Shown: positions 1-12,164 of the stretch, in pieces | How the letters are laid out: every line of letters begins with the position of its first letter | Numbering within the stretch: position 1 is the stretch's first letter | Assembly: GCA_964035545.1 (NCBI GenBank) | Contig: OZ037768.1 | Coordinates: 14,269,675 to 14,333,674 of the forward strand | Direction: 5' to 3' | DNA length: 64,000 nt | From: Bugula neritina | Lineage: Eukaryota > Animalia > Bryozoa | Program-made: the position numbers and the translations under genes | The notes under the pieces: model-generated | What the model was told of the DNA's origin: nothing | The model's input: the letters and a program-made list of their open reading frames with translations, nothing else | Databases searched by the model: none

Positions 1-336
1 TGAAGAGGTAGTTAAACTCTCACGGCCCGCGAATGTTTCCGCTCACCGCGGGCCGCGGGTGAGAGACTCTTCATCGGGGAACCGTCAGCCGTCCGTACGG
101 ACGCGACGAGCAACCCCGCAAACATTGCAGGTGCCACGCAGGACAGGTCGACCGTACGGTCGGCCTGATACCTTCACTCTGCCACTCCGCAATAGCTTCG
201 GCGGATTGCCAGAACCAAAATCCGAGGGGGACAAGAATCCTCAAGGACCTGTTCACAACTGTTGAAAGTTACGTCAGTCACAGCTCAAAGCGAGAGAGGT
301 GTCTTCTGCAAAGACACAGCGCACTAGGGAGTACGG

Positions 337-3300
337 GTGCAACCCTACGGGGGCATCTACTTCTTATCAAGCAAAGTAGCCGGTAAGGCTGTCACCTTCC
401 TGCTGGATTCAGGGTGTACCACGAGCCTCCTAAGTCGCCAGCTTTTTGACACCCTCAGCGCTAAAGATAAAGCTGAGTTGGGACCATACGACGGGGAAAA
501 TGGCATGTTGGCGAACGGGTCATGTATTCCCTTCTATGGTATAGTTGAATTGACGGGACGTGTCCGGGATCAGGCTATCCAGGAGATGTTCATTGTCAGT
601 CAACTCAAAGAGGATACTATCCTCGGGATGCCGTTCTTGGAGAGCCTCGAATGCCATATCGACTTTAGCAAATCTGCAGTGGTTATGGCTGGGCGTGAGC
701 TCACCTGTGTCGACAAGTTCGGTCGTCCCCTAGTGCGAGGTGTGCAGGTAGTACAGAGCTGTACAATACCTGGCCGCTCTTGCGCCACTATCTACTGCAG
801 GGTGAATAGTAGGCAGATCTCAGGACTAGGAGTGGTGAAAGGCGCGTACGATAGAATCCAACTTGCCAGCAGCTTAAATCAGTTGACTGCACAAGGAGAG
901 ATCATAGTGCAGTGCATCAACCTTTTTACGGAGTCGATGGATCTGCCAGCTGGGTCCTTGGTGGGCCGGTTTCACTTCGTCCAAAAAGGAGATGTGAGGC
1001 CATCGTTGGGCGAGACAACGAATGACCCCTGTCGATCTCAGCAGGGAGGTCAGGGACCGATCCCGGCACACGTCAAGGACTTGTACGAAACAGCCTGTCA
1101 GAGCTGCACGAGCAACGAAGAACGCCTGGCCATGGCGAAGTTGTTGCAGGAGTACAAGGACGTGTTCAGTAGCGGAGACCATGACGTGGGCCTGACACAA
1201 GCTGTCTGTCACGAGATTCCTCTGGCTGCGGGAGCGGTCCCAATCCGGCAACCTACATGTAGGTTGGGACCGAAAAAGGAGAAGGTGGTGAACCGACAAA
1301 TCCGGGATCTTCTGGACCGCGGCCTCATAGAGCCAGCACACAGTGCTTGGAGCTCGCCGGTTGTTTTGGTCCGGAAGAAAGATGAGAGTTGGCGGTTCTG
1401 TGTGGATTACCGCAAGCTCAATAGCGTAACTATACAGGATGCATACTCTCTTCCCCGCATTGATGAGTGTCTGGATGCCCTGGCCGGCAGCAAGTACTTC
1501 AGTTCGTTAAACTTGCTTAGCGGGTACTGGCAGGTTCCCCCTTAGTTCTGATGCTCAGGATAAGGCTGCGTTTATAACGCGGGACGGGCTCTGGAAATGG
1601 AAGGTGTTGCCGTTCGGGTTGACCTCTGCCGCGGTCACTTCTCAAAGACTCATGGAGCAAGTCCTTAGTGGACTCCACTGGAAGACACTGCTCATCTACC
1701 TCGATGACGTCATTATGATCTCCCTAGACTTTGCGACCCATGTCAGCTGTCTGAAGGAGGTTTTCGAATGACTCAGAGGTGCCGGTCTAAAACTGAAACC
1801 CTCCAAGTGCGCTTTGTTACAGCCGGAGGTTAAATCCCTAGGACACGTCGTTGGTCGAAACGGCGTGGCGACGGATCCCGAGAAGGTATGGGCAGTGGAG
1901 AACTAGGGTACTACCGGCAGTACATACCAGACTTTGCGGGGAAAACAAAGCTGTTAAATTGGCTCACCGCAAAGGGGGTTCTTTAACAGTGGACTCCGGT
2001 CAAACAATAGGCATTCGACTGTCTCAAGGGTTGCTTGCTTGAAGCGCCCGTCTTGGCCTACCCCGACCTCGCTTGGGAAAACATCCTGGATACAAACATC
2101 AGGGACCATAATGTCAGTGCTGTGTTGTTGCAGGTCCAAAAGGGCCGAGAAGTAGTAGTAGCCTACTACAGTAAGTCTCTCTCTGCCGCCAAAAAGAATT
2201 ACTGCACTACCCGGAACGAGCTCTTGGCAGTAATCAAAGCGGTGAAACACTTCAGGCCTTATCTTTGCGGCAGAATGTTCCGGCTGTGTACGGACCATGC
2301 CTCATTGATTTGGTTGTGTAAGAGAGCCGAACCTTCCAGCCAGGTCGCACGGTGGCTTGAAATCCTGGCGGAGTATTCCTACCGGATCGAGCATCGACCC
2401 GGGAAGAAACACGGCAATGCAGGCGGGCTGAGCCGGCGACCTGATGGAGGATGCAGACAGTGTCTCAGCATCGACAGGAGAGATGGAGGCCCTTCACGAT
2501 TCGAGTTGGAGACCCTGCCTGGATATAGAGCCGAGTACAGCTGGGAGCACGGTTAGCTGATGACGGCGGCTGGTAAAAATGCGAAGGCTGTACGGACTCT
2601 TCGCGCTAACCCCGTTTTGGCCAGTAACGTCTCTGAGCTGAGGAAACTTCAGGAAACTCTCCCTGGAGTGGTAGCCGATGTATACCGGGCCAAGACGGAA
2701 AGGAGGCGGCCCAGTGAGGAACAGCGGAGGCAGGGATGCTTCAAGTTCTGGCTATTCTGCCAACGCTGGGACTCCCTACAGATCAACGAGAATGGGCTCT
2801 TAACCATCACATTGGCCGCCAACGGCAGACACCCGGTCTGCCCCACTGCTATCCGCCGGGAGTTAATTTGAGACACTCATAAACAAGCTCATGCAGTTGT
2901 CCAGAAGGTGTTTGGCAAATTGTCACTCCGGTGGTACTGGCCAAAGATAGGGGGTGACGTACGGCTTAATTGAGACAGTGTGAGATCTGCCAGGCCAGTA
3001 AGCATGGCCATCTTCCTGGTGAAGCAAGACGGTGAAGGATATATGCTGGCTGGCCCTGGCAAGTGGTAGCTGTCAATCTGGTCGGTCCTATGCCTCCAAC
3101 ACCTCGAGGCAACAGCTGGATCTTGGTGCTCACTGACCACTTTACTAGGTGAGCTGACGCCCTGGCTATCCCAGACGCGTCGGCTCCAACTGTGGCCCAT
3201 GTGCTGGACCAGAATGTATTCTGCTACTTTGGCCTCTGAGCAGACACATTTGGACCAAGGTGCTCAGTTTCAGTCTCAATTGATGAGCGACCTTTGTCGC

Positions 3301-4497
3301 CTCTGGGGGGTGAATCAGAGCAGGACTACTCCTTACCATCCACAAGGCAACAGGGTGGTAGAGCGTAACAACCGCATGTTGGGTAATGCGCTCCGGAGCT
3401 TGCTCCTGGGCTGCGGTCAAGAGGAATAAGTTACGGTGCTCCCGCAGATCATGCGGGTCTACTGCAGCACTTCACACACCAGTACTGATGAAACGCCCGG
3501 GTCCCGGACTCGGGTCCCCGACTACCTCACTAACCATGTTCCTGACCATGATAACTCTGTACACGAGTATGTGGGGGAGTTGGTAGAGTGCATGAGAGCC
3601 GCACACGAAATGCTTCGAGAGAAGCAATGGCAGGTGCGGACTGAGGACTTTGATGAGCCTCCCCTCTAACAGGTAGGGGACTGAGTCTGGATGGCTAACT
3701 ACCGCAGGCGTCGCGGACAAGTGGCTAAGTCACAGCCCAAGTTCGTGGGACCTTACTTAATAGTCGAGGCTATGCCCAATCATACGTACAAGATTGAGTG
3801 CTCAGGACAGGTGTCATTCCAGAATGAGGCTCGCTTGAAACCGTATTGGGCTAGCCCCGATGCGGTAGAAGAAGCGCCCCCGTTGCTTGAGCCCAGGAGG
3901 CAGACAGCAACGCGCGGGCGGCAACGGCACAGACCAGAGTATAAGGTGGTAGTGCCGCGGGACCCGGACCTGGTAAGAGACGAGCGATCACTTCCTCCAC
4001 CCGAAGTGAGTCCGCCGCCTCCTGTTCGAGCCCCAATATCGTCACTTCCGGAACCCAACGCTGGTCTGGAAGTGGGAACCCCGGCAATAGAAGAAGCTTC
4101 CGTTTTAAGAGACGGAGGAGGAAGCAGAGAGGGATCCCCCGCTCCCGCCCCGGCTGCCCCACCCGTGGAACTTGCGAGTCTACCTGTGGAGGCTCCGCTG
4201 TTTTTGAAGAGAAGTCAACGCGCTAGACAACCCCCGCCCTATCTCCAAGACTTTGAGTGTGACTGCGTACAAAACGGCAGATCTATGAGTCAAGCGGTGG
4301 GTGTCGCGGGGGTTGTCATAACTAGCGCGGGAGTTGTACGCTCGAAAGAGAAAGGAACTTTTATGAGGGCGGAGCAGTGGGTGGAATTCATCCCCCAATT
4401 GTGAAGTGCCCCAGTCACGCACGACAAGTTCAGCCTTTTCATATGCTGACACAGTCAAGGGTAGACGGACTAGTAGCTCTCTATAATAATTATCCTC
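337..4497 (+). pseudogene. pol pseudogene of element A (PR-RT-RH-IN)
   Basis: ORF pieces 337-1545, 2035-2556, 2560-2871, 3199-3429, 3436-3669 and 3691-4404 align colinearly with the intact Pol of element C; multiple stops and frameshifts. Confidence 0.93.
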
Positions 4498-4508
4498 AAA
4501 CATTGAGT

Positions 4509-5640
4509 ATGTCTTTGAATACCAAGTTACGAGGTAAGTCCACACAGACCTAGTATTCCTAGCTATAAAAACGGGTCTATCATCAGTTAACTCTGGCTTA
4601 GTTGATTCAACTGAGTTAAAGTTGCTGGTAACTATGTCAACTGTGAACGACGACGAAAGTGTAGTGATGTCTGACGATTTTCTTGATTTTGAGCTGGATG
4701 CTATGGTTCTCAGTCAATCTACACGTTTGCCTTCAGTCTCCCGAGTGCCTTACAAAAGAGTTCGTGACTCTCAGGCTATGAACAGCCGATTTTCACAAGA
4801 ATTATGTTGTAAAGATCCGAGTCGATCTAACAATAATTCTGCTCTTTTAGAAGCCACTCGATCTCCGCTACCTGATGGCATGCCACCAATGAAGATAGCT
4901 TGGAACGAGGGCCTCCTTCCGGAACGGTCACTCGCTCCTGTTACCAGTAGACGACTACCACCTGCTCTCAGAGCCAAATCTTGTTGGACCTCGTCACGCA
5001 CGAAGCAAACTGTTTTGAAGGCTCGAGGAGACATTGACAACACCATGTGCTGCCTCTGTCAGCAGCATTTTACTACTCCCCAGAGGCTGCGAGCTCACAT
5101 GCCGCAGCACTTCATCACCACCTTCTGCCCATGCGGGGAGTATAGCTACCACCGGGATTATATCCTGCGACATCAAAGAACCATGAACTGTTTTATAGGA
5201 CACCTATTCGGGGTAGACCAGCCTTCTTATTCCCAGTTTCTGGATCTGATCAAACCCTTCGTACAGGATCCGAGCCGGTTGGAACGATTGTTGCAGGGGT
5301 TTCCAGCTCTTCGGGCTATTACTCAGGGCCCGACTCCTAAACCCCCATGCTATAAGAAGCAAAAATCTCGGTCCTACCTCAATCGCTGGCAGTTTTCCCG
5401 GGTAGTGTTACAGCGGGTGTACACTAACCCCGTCTCTGACGAACATATCCGGCGTTCTCTCTCCAGATTCCGTCCTCTCCAGCTCGCAGCGGAAAAGACG
5501 CAGAAGCTCCCCTTCTCCACTCTGCGCACCTTCTACAGCCAGGAGTATACGTGAAGTAGAGGACCGTATATCTTCCTTAGAAGGCAAGTTGCAGAGGCTC
5601 ACTCCCCAAGTCTTGGCTGCGACCAGCAAACTGCAGTTAC
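4509..5640 (+). CDS. Spliced accessory ORF3 of element A: C2H2 zinc finger + basic patch + coiled coil (frameshifted near 5460)
   Basis: Exon 1 4509-4533 (MSLNTKLR+G); intron 4534-4850 (GTAAGT...CTAAC...TTTTAG); exon 2 in frame; finger CCLCQQHFTTPQRLRAHMPQH, then FCPCG...RHQRTMNC; +1-frame tail RKRRRS...IREVEDRISSLEGKLQRL. Confidence 0.75.
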
Positions 5641-5957
5641 TTACCCCCATGTATATCTGTGTGACATTTGTCTCTCTCATACATGTCTGTTACGTATATC
5701 TGTGTGGTATCATCCCCTTTCGTGACATGTCTCCTGTGTATATGTCTGTGTGATACTTGTTCTTTCCATGGCAGTTGCTATATTATACTGCGTTTCTTGA
5801 CTTTTGTTAATATTCATTCGATATATTATTATTATATTAGTTGTGTATGTACATGCACTTTTTTTCATTCTTTATTTTATACATTTATTACAATTTTATA
5901 CACTTCCTCCCCATTTCTGAATTTATCAGAAAGTGGGCTTCCTGCTGGAGGGGGTGG

Positions 5958-6329
5958 TGTAATGGTTGTCGGAAAAAGGAGTCCTCCTGACCCCTGCTGA
6001 ACATTGGTCTAGATATATTATAGTTCTGCTAGTTGTGACGTTTGCCCCTAGTCTTCCCGTTTTGCATACGGCAGACAGCGTGGACTGGTATATAATACTG
6101 TGAAGCTGTTCTCCAATCAGCGTAGACTAAAGCACCTGACCTAACCTTTATAAACAGTACCTTCCGGAGTGCACAGTAGAGCTGGCTAGACTAGTAACTA
6201 GATAGTTAACCTTCGTATTCTTGTGCCCTTGTCTTTTGATCAACTAATGTGAAGCTTTTCTTAATTATATCTTGCTTATAAAATATATATACTTCCTCAC
6301 GTTCCTGATCATTGGTTTGGTTGATTACA
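5958..6329 (+). repeat. 3' LTR of element A (372 bp)
   Basis: Starts TGTAAT immediately after the G-rich PPT and ends ATTACA (6-bp inverted termini). Confidence 0.8.
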
Positions 6330-6351
6330 TAACCTCCATGTGATGCAGTAA

Positions 6352-6694
6352 GCCTAGGGCCACACGGTGCGTATTTCCGCATGCGAAAATTGAAATCACA
6401 AATAGCAAAGGTGTCCACTGCGCGCGTTGAGAAAACCTTCGCACTTGTCGCTCTGCATTCTCAACGCAAGTGCGAATCGTCTCTGTCGTCGTCACCTAAT
6501 TGGCTGATAGTTATTCAGCGACCCAACTTCTTTATTTTAGTGCTACATTCCAGTAAATTGCGTTTTATTGAAAGCGAGTGCGATTTAAAAATGAAAGCTT
6601 TATTTATCAAGCATCAGTGATGCTACAGTGGACACCTTTGCTACTTGTGATTTCAATTTTCGCATGCGAAAATACGCCCCGTGTGGCCCTAGGC
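6352..6694. mobile_element. MITE, 343 bp, ~69-bp TIRs (TA/TAA-type target; possibly PIF/Harbinger-like)
   Basis: TIR GCCTAGGGCCACACGGTGCGTATTT... at both ends; second copy at 11578-11920. Confidence 0.9.
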
Positions 6695-7392
6695 TTATTG
6701 ACAACATACAAAACAGACCCACAAAGCTATAGTTCTGAAAACTATAGCAATATGTAGGTCAGGAATATGTAGGCCATGAACATTATGCTTCTAAAAGTAT
6801 GTTGTTTGAAAAGGAATATGTTCAAACCTCTTAAGATCGGAATTAATTGATCAATTAGACTTTCTGTCCAGGCGCACAAATTAAGTCAGACTTCAGAAAA
6901 AAAATTACATAGGTAACTATGAAAAATGTAACGTTGTTTGAGAGTTTAGACTTTAGACCTCTAAGTTAAGTACAGGCAGTGAGATTTTTATAATTAGGTC
7001 TTTTGATAGAATGGGGAGAATGGTTTTACAAAACTTTGACTTGTGAGCAGCTATAGAGGAGAAACTGCTGGACAGAACTCAACTAAAGCATTGCATGATA
7101 TTTTATGATTACCTTACAATAGATGTTGCTATCTAAATAGGACTGTTATCTTGTTTTTGAATAATAGCCTATATGCCTATTATCTAACGCTAATTGTGTC
7201 TTCTAAAATTAATATATATATATATATTAATAGGCTCTCATACAAGTTCAATTATAAATATATTATTTTCCTTTTATGTTTATGATTATTGACTTAGACT
7301 TTAGAGGTGCAGCAAGCAAATCTCATCCATATTTCATTTCTATAATAATTATGTAAAAAAGCTAGAGTTCCTACACACATGCTTGTACGTGA

Positions 7393-7506
7393 ATGTGTGT
7401 ATGTATGTGTGTATGTATGTGTGTACATGTGTGCATGTGTCACCAATGTATGTACATGGGAGGTATGTGTGTATGTATGATGTACATGTGTGTAAGCATG
7501 TATGCA
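7393..7506. repeat. Degenerate TG/TATG microsatellite
   Basis: tgtgtatgtatgtgtg... run. Confidence 0.8.
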
Positions 7507-7650
7507 TGTCTGCAGCATGTTATAGCTTGTAGCATTTACGAGAACTTAGCAGAAATTTTGAGAATCATTATCGTACACATGCACTATTTAGTGCAGGGCT
7601 GTCCAGCAGGAGGCCTTATTGTAGTGAATTTCACAATTCACTATATTATG

Positions 7651-8036
7651 TGTGGGTCGACTTAAACAAAGCCACTACACCAGGTTGTTGACGTTATGAT
7701 AAATTTATTTATCACAAGATACAAGAAGTTTTATTTACTGCTAACATGAATAGAAACGATTACATAATAAGTGAGCTTTATACACAACTACTCTAAATGA
7801 AGTCCCAAGCTGCTCTGCCCGGCTAGCTACTCAGTGCGCTTCCACTACGAGTAGCTAGCTCCACCTGCTATCAATTATAATGTCAGTCCTGATTGGTGGT
7901 TACTAGTGGTGCCACTGTTGGCCATAGCTACAAGTCGCAAGAGGTCGATGTAGTCGATCTCCACAATAGCATACCATATAGAGTCGACCCTTTCGATATA
8001 ATACTAACAATAATGACACCACTAAAATCCATTACA
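7651..8036 (-). mobile_element. Solo LTR (386 bp)
   Basis: TG...CA ends; 5-bp direct repeat TTATG at 7646-7650 and 8037-8041; TATA-like TATATAAA (~7780) upstream of AATAAA (~7708) on the minus strand. Confidence 0.7.
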
Positions 8037-8162
8037 TTATGGCCGGATGTGGTCCCAGCCTACATTTATATGCATAGCCCTCAAAAGCATAACAAGTACA
8101 ATCATTTTGCACACTATTATGAATTAAAGTGGAAAACCACTATTTAAATGCCTTATACATAC

Positions 8163-8515
8163 TGTAGTGAGTAGTGCAAAGTACAAATACGGGAATCGCC
8201 CTCTCTCTACTCTTGGAATACTAAGACCCTTATGTAGCAACCAATTAGCAGCTCCGGAAGATATGCTTCCGATTCCCGTGACACTTCCCGGGTTATTAAC
8301 ATTATATCACGTTGTTGTAAGCGGAGGCTTGAAGTAGTAACATGTGTTAGTAGTTGACTGATGTATAGGATAATTTGATGTGATGTTTGTTTTATGCTTT
8401 ATTGTGGATAATAAATATAATTACTCGACAGCTACCCTAGTAATTACTAGCAGAATAACCAACTAACTATACGCAAGTAGATAACTCACGCTCAGTAATT
8501 GCACAAATTACTACA
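8163..8515 (+). repeat. 5' LTR of element B
   Basis: Direct repeat of 13521-13873. Confidence 0.97.
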
Positions 8516-8516
8516 G

Positions 8517-8534
8517 TGGTGGCAGCGGTGGGAT
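8517..8534 (+). promoter_or_regulatory. Primer binding site, tRNA-Leu
   Basis: TGGTGGCAGCGGTGGGAT is the reverse complement of the 3' end of eukaryotic tRNA-Leu(AAG/TAG) (ATCCCACCGCTGCCA-CCA). Confidence 0.92.
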
Positions 8535-8550
8535 CTTGCGTATAGCAGTC

Positions 8551-9501
8551 ATGGCAGAAGACGGCACGGAGCTACCCATTCCACTGAATGAAGGTGAGAG
8601 AGATAATGTTGATATATCTGTGGAACCAGTGGTGTTAGATGAAGAAGTGAGAATTCCTAGAGAGCATGGTGAAGACAGATACCGGCTGAAAGCGCCCACC
8701 TTCACAGGCGAAGAAGCAGTGGAGCAGTTTATCCAAGAATTCCAAGATGTGATGGAGATTGCACAGTGGCCACCAACGGTGGCGTTGCTCAAGCTCAGGA
8801 TGGCGCTGACGGACAAGGCTAAGCCGTATGGAGCGGGACCTGACATAGACGGAATCTTTGCTTCTCTGCGGGCCCGCTTTGGCATCTCCCCCATAGATGC
8901 GCGGGCCCGTCTACAAAGGATGCGGCGTGATCCTCACACGTCGCTACAAGAGCACGCTGCCACGGTGTACCCACTAGCGCAGATCGCGTTCCGCGATCTG
9001 CCTCCAGTACACCGTGAGAGGTATACTTATGATGCCTTCGTGCAGTCCATCAACGACTTGGGGCTCCACCATCAATTCCAAGCGAGGGGAGTCACCACGG
9101 TCGAAGATGCACTTGCGGTGGGAGAAGCCTACCTCATGGCGACTCATATGCACCGCAACCGCGTGGCCTCCCGCCAGGTGACCACGGAGCACATTACTGC
9201 TCATGCCGAACCAAACGCGGAACCCTCCGCGGTGGCTAATGTGAACCAGATGTCACTAGCGTCAAAAGTCGCACAGATGACTGACATGCTAGATAAACTG
9301 GTCGCCACATTAGCTCCCCCAAGCCAGGTAGATACTGCCCGTGAGCCTTGCGGGCCGCAGGTACAATCACCAGGCATGGGGCACAACTTCTGCTGGGGAT
9401 GCGGAAGGCCAGGACATTTCCAGAGGAACTGCCCTCAACTCCCACAAGGGTTAAACTACCACGGCCCGCAGATGTTCCCACCTCCTGCGGGCCGTCTGTA
9501 A
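8551..9501 (+). CDS. gag: Gag of element B
   Basis: Intact ORF with capsid-like KAPTFTGEEAVEQFI segment and CCHC knuckle CWGCGRPGHFQRNC. Confidence 0.9.
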   Translation: MAEDGTELPIPLNEGERDNVDISVEPVVLDEEVRIPREHGEDRYRLKAPTFTGEEAVEQFIQEFQDVMEIAQWPPTVALLKLRMALTDKAKPYGAGPDIDGIFASLRARFGISPIDARARLQRMRRDPHTSLQEHAATVYPLAQIAFRDLPPVHRERYTYDAFVQSINDLGLHHQFQARGVTTVEDALAVGEAYLMATHMHRNRVASRQVTTEHITAHAEPNAEPSAVANVNQMSLASKVAQMTDMLDKLVATLAPPSQVDTAREPCGPQVQSPGMGHNFCWGCGRPGHFQRNCPQLPQGLNYHGPQMFPPPAGRL

Positions 9502-12141
9502 ATCACCCAGGGAGGCCCGCGCGTCTGTCGCCCCGCTGGGCGCCGCGCGGAGATGCTGTGAAGTGGCGACCCCCGCGGCAAGTAGGCTCAAGCCACTCGC
9601 CGCCTGGGTCCTCTACGCCACTCCAACACCAACACGGAGCCGGCAGACGGTTGACCTCAGAGCCTGCGAGGGAAACGGTACAGGCGCCACAAGGCGTACC
9701 GCCCCAACCTCGGCAGCTGGTCAATAGTCGTCACCAACCGTGGACCCCTCGACCCACAGCGAGGGAGGTGCAACCACGGCACACACAGCTGCAGCCACAC
9801 GGAAGTAGCTACTTCCTGCCAGGAAAGCTAGCCGGCAAGCCTGCCAACTTCCTCCTGGACTCAGGCTGCACCACCAACCTCCTTAGCCGTCAATTCTTTG
9901 ACACCCTCAGCGCTAAGGTCAAGGACGGGTTGGCACCGTATGAGGGGGATCATGGCACCCTGGCAGACGGGTCGTGCATTCCCTTCTACGGCATTATTGA
10001 GCTAACTGGTTACGTCCGTAACCAGGCCATCCAAGAGACGTTTATCGTCGGGCAGCTCAACGAGGATGCTATCCTCGGGATGCCATTCTTACAACGACAC
10101 GGATGTCGCATCGATTTCAGTAAATCTGCGATGATCATGGGCGACAGGGAGCTCGCTTGTGTCGATAAGTTTGGTCGTCCTCTAGCGGGAGCAGTGCAGG
10201 TAGTACGAAGCTGTACTATACCAGGCCACTCCCGGGCTACCGTCCGCTGCAAGGTAGACGGTGGCCAAACCTCTAAGTTGGGAGTTGTCGAAAGTACGCA
10301 CTCGAGAGTCCAACTTGCCCATAGCTTTAGCCGGCTTACGGGACAAGGAGAGATCTCAGTGCAGTGTGTCAACCCCTCCTCAGAGACAGTAGACCTACCA
10401 CCCAGATCCATGCTGGGCCGCTTCCATCCTGTCCAGGAGGAAGCCATTGGGCCGTCGTCGGGAGCTACGACGGAAGGTCCTCAGCAGAGCCCGTCTCAAG
10501 GGCGGAGGACCGTCCCAACCCACGCCTCCCATCCTCCAGGGACGCGTGGCTGCACAGGCAACGGAAAGCGCCAGGCTATGGCTAGGTTGCCACATGGGTA
10601 CAGTGAGGCGTTCCGCCACACAGACCACGACGCCCGCCTAAATAGAGCAGGCTGTCGTGAGGTACCACGGGCGGCGAAGACCGCCCCTGCTCAGCCACTC
10701 TAACAGAGGGCTGACACGCCCCCGGAGGCTGTCCAGAGCCTCCGCGCCAAACCTGTATAGGCTGGTAACGTTAGGGAGCTGCCGAAGCTCCAGGAAAGCC
10801 TTCCTGGGGTGGTAGCCGACGTGTACCGAGCGAAACAGGAAGGGCGACGACCCAGTAGTAAACAACGGCGACAGGGATGCGCCGAGTTACGGCTGTACTG
10901 TCAACGTTGGAGCTCTTTGCGGGTCGGGCCAGATGGTCTGCTGACCATGACCTTGGCCGCCAACAGCAGACAGCCAGCCAGGAAGAGGGCTGTCTGCCCA
11001 GTTGCCATCTGCCGGAAGTTGATACAAGACACCCACGAGGAGACTCACGGAGGAGTCCAAGAGGTGGTCACCAAGCTACAACTCCGGTGGTACTGGCCCA
11101 ACATGGAGCGGGATATCCGGCGCAGAGTTTGACGGTGCAAAGTTTGCCAGACCAACAAGCATAGCCGTCTCCCTGGTGAAGCGGGGCGGCAGACGCATTG
11201 TGCGAGAAGGTCTTGGCAAGCGGAGACTGTCGTCCTGGCCGGAAACACCTCCATGACACGTCAGGAAGACTTGGCGAGGCGAGAAAGGCCACTTCCGTCC
11301 TTGAAAGTGTGCCCACCGCCCCCAACGTCAAGCCTGCCATCACCACCACTTCCGGAACCGGAAACGGGTCCAGAAGTGCAAAAACCCCCCGTGGGAGGGG
11401 CTCCGCAAGGAGATACCGACGTAGGAACAACCGTCACAAACAGGCTGGAAAAATCACCCGTGAGACATAACAGTCCACGGGTGAGCACACCGCCTCCCAC
11501 AGTGACGACGCCTCCAGGACCACACACTAGGCAACTTCCAGCGTGTCTCAGAGACTGTGTACGTGACCGCGGTATAAGCCTAGGGCCACACGGTGCGTAT
11601 TTTCGCATGCGAAAATTAAAATCACAAGTAGCAAAGGTGTCCACTGTAGCGTCAGTGATGCGTGATAAATAAAGCTTTCATTTTTAAATCGCACTCGCTT
11701 TCAATAAAACGCAATTTGCTGGAATATAGCACTAAATAAAGAAATTGGGCTCGCTGAATAACTACCAGCCAATTAGGTGACGACGACAGAGACGGTTCGC
11801 ACTTGCGTTGAAAATGCAGAGCGACAAGTGCGAATGTTTTCTCAACGCGCACAGTGGACACCTTTGCTACTCGCGATTTCAATTTTCGCATGCGAAAATA
11901 CGCACCGTGTGGCCCTAAGCTAAGCGGCAGTAACGAAAGTCTAGAGAGGCCTCGCATGGGAAAACAGGCAAAGAAACGTGGGAGTTGTGAACACCACGGA
12001 AATCTCAACTTTTGCCTCGGCGGAATCTCACACGAGATTCATCCGCTGGAAGTGAAAAGCCCTAGTCACGTTTCACAACCACGCTGTTCGGTCTTTTCCT
12101 ACGTTGATGCAGTCAAGAGTAGACGTGCCACTAAACAGTAA
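9450..12141 (+). pseudogene. Deleted pol of element B (protease intact; IN zinc-binding fragment and C-terminal tail only)
   Basis: The -1-frame ORF to 10703 contains LLDSG. Near 10700 the sequence jumps from the pre-RT region (AQPL, cf. VRQPT) to the post-RNase H linker; near 11225 it jumps from the IN HHCC region to the IN tail. Confidence 0.88.
11578..11920. mobile_element. MITE, 343 bp (copy 2, opposite orientation) inserted in element B
   Basis: Same TIRs as 6352-6694; flanked by TAA; removing it restores colinearity with the Pol tail of element C (D-x-x-x-SG). Confidence 0.9.
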
Positions 12142-12164
12142 TCATTTACCGCTCTCATTCCAAA

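Larger units (their letters stand above)
1..6329 (+). mobile_element. Ty3/Gypsy LTR retrotransposon A (decayed; 5' part outside window)
   Basis: Gag end and frameshift site at 11-62; PR (LLDSG), RT (WRFCVDYRKLN, YLDD region), RNase H and integrase fragments in PR-RT-RH-IN order; extra 3' ORF; PPT ending at 5957; 3' LTR 5958-6329. Confidence 0.95.

Noticed and set aside
4622-5554. ORF3 as a retroviral env gene
   Set aside because: It occupies the env position but has no signal peptide, TM helix or fusion peptide; it carries zinc fingers instead.
6381-6620. Recurrent MRKLKSQ / MDTFA short ORFs
   Set aside because: They arise from the MITE terminal inverted repeats; no transposase motifs.
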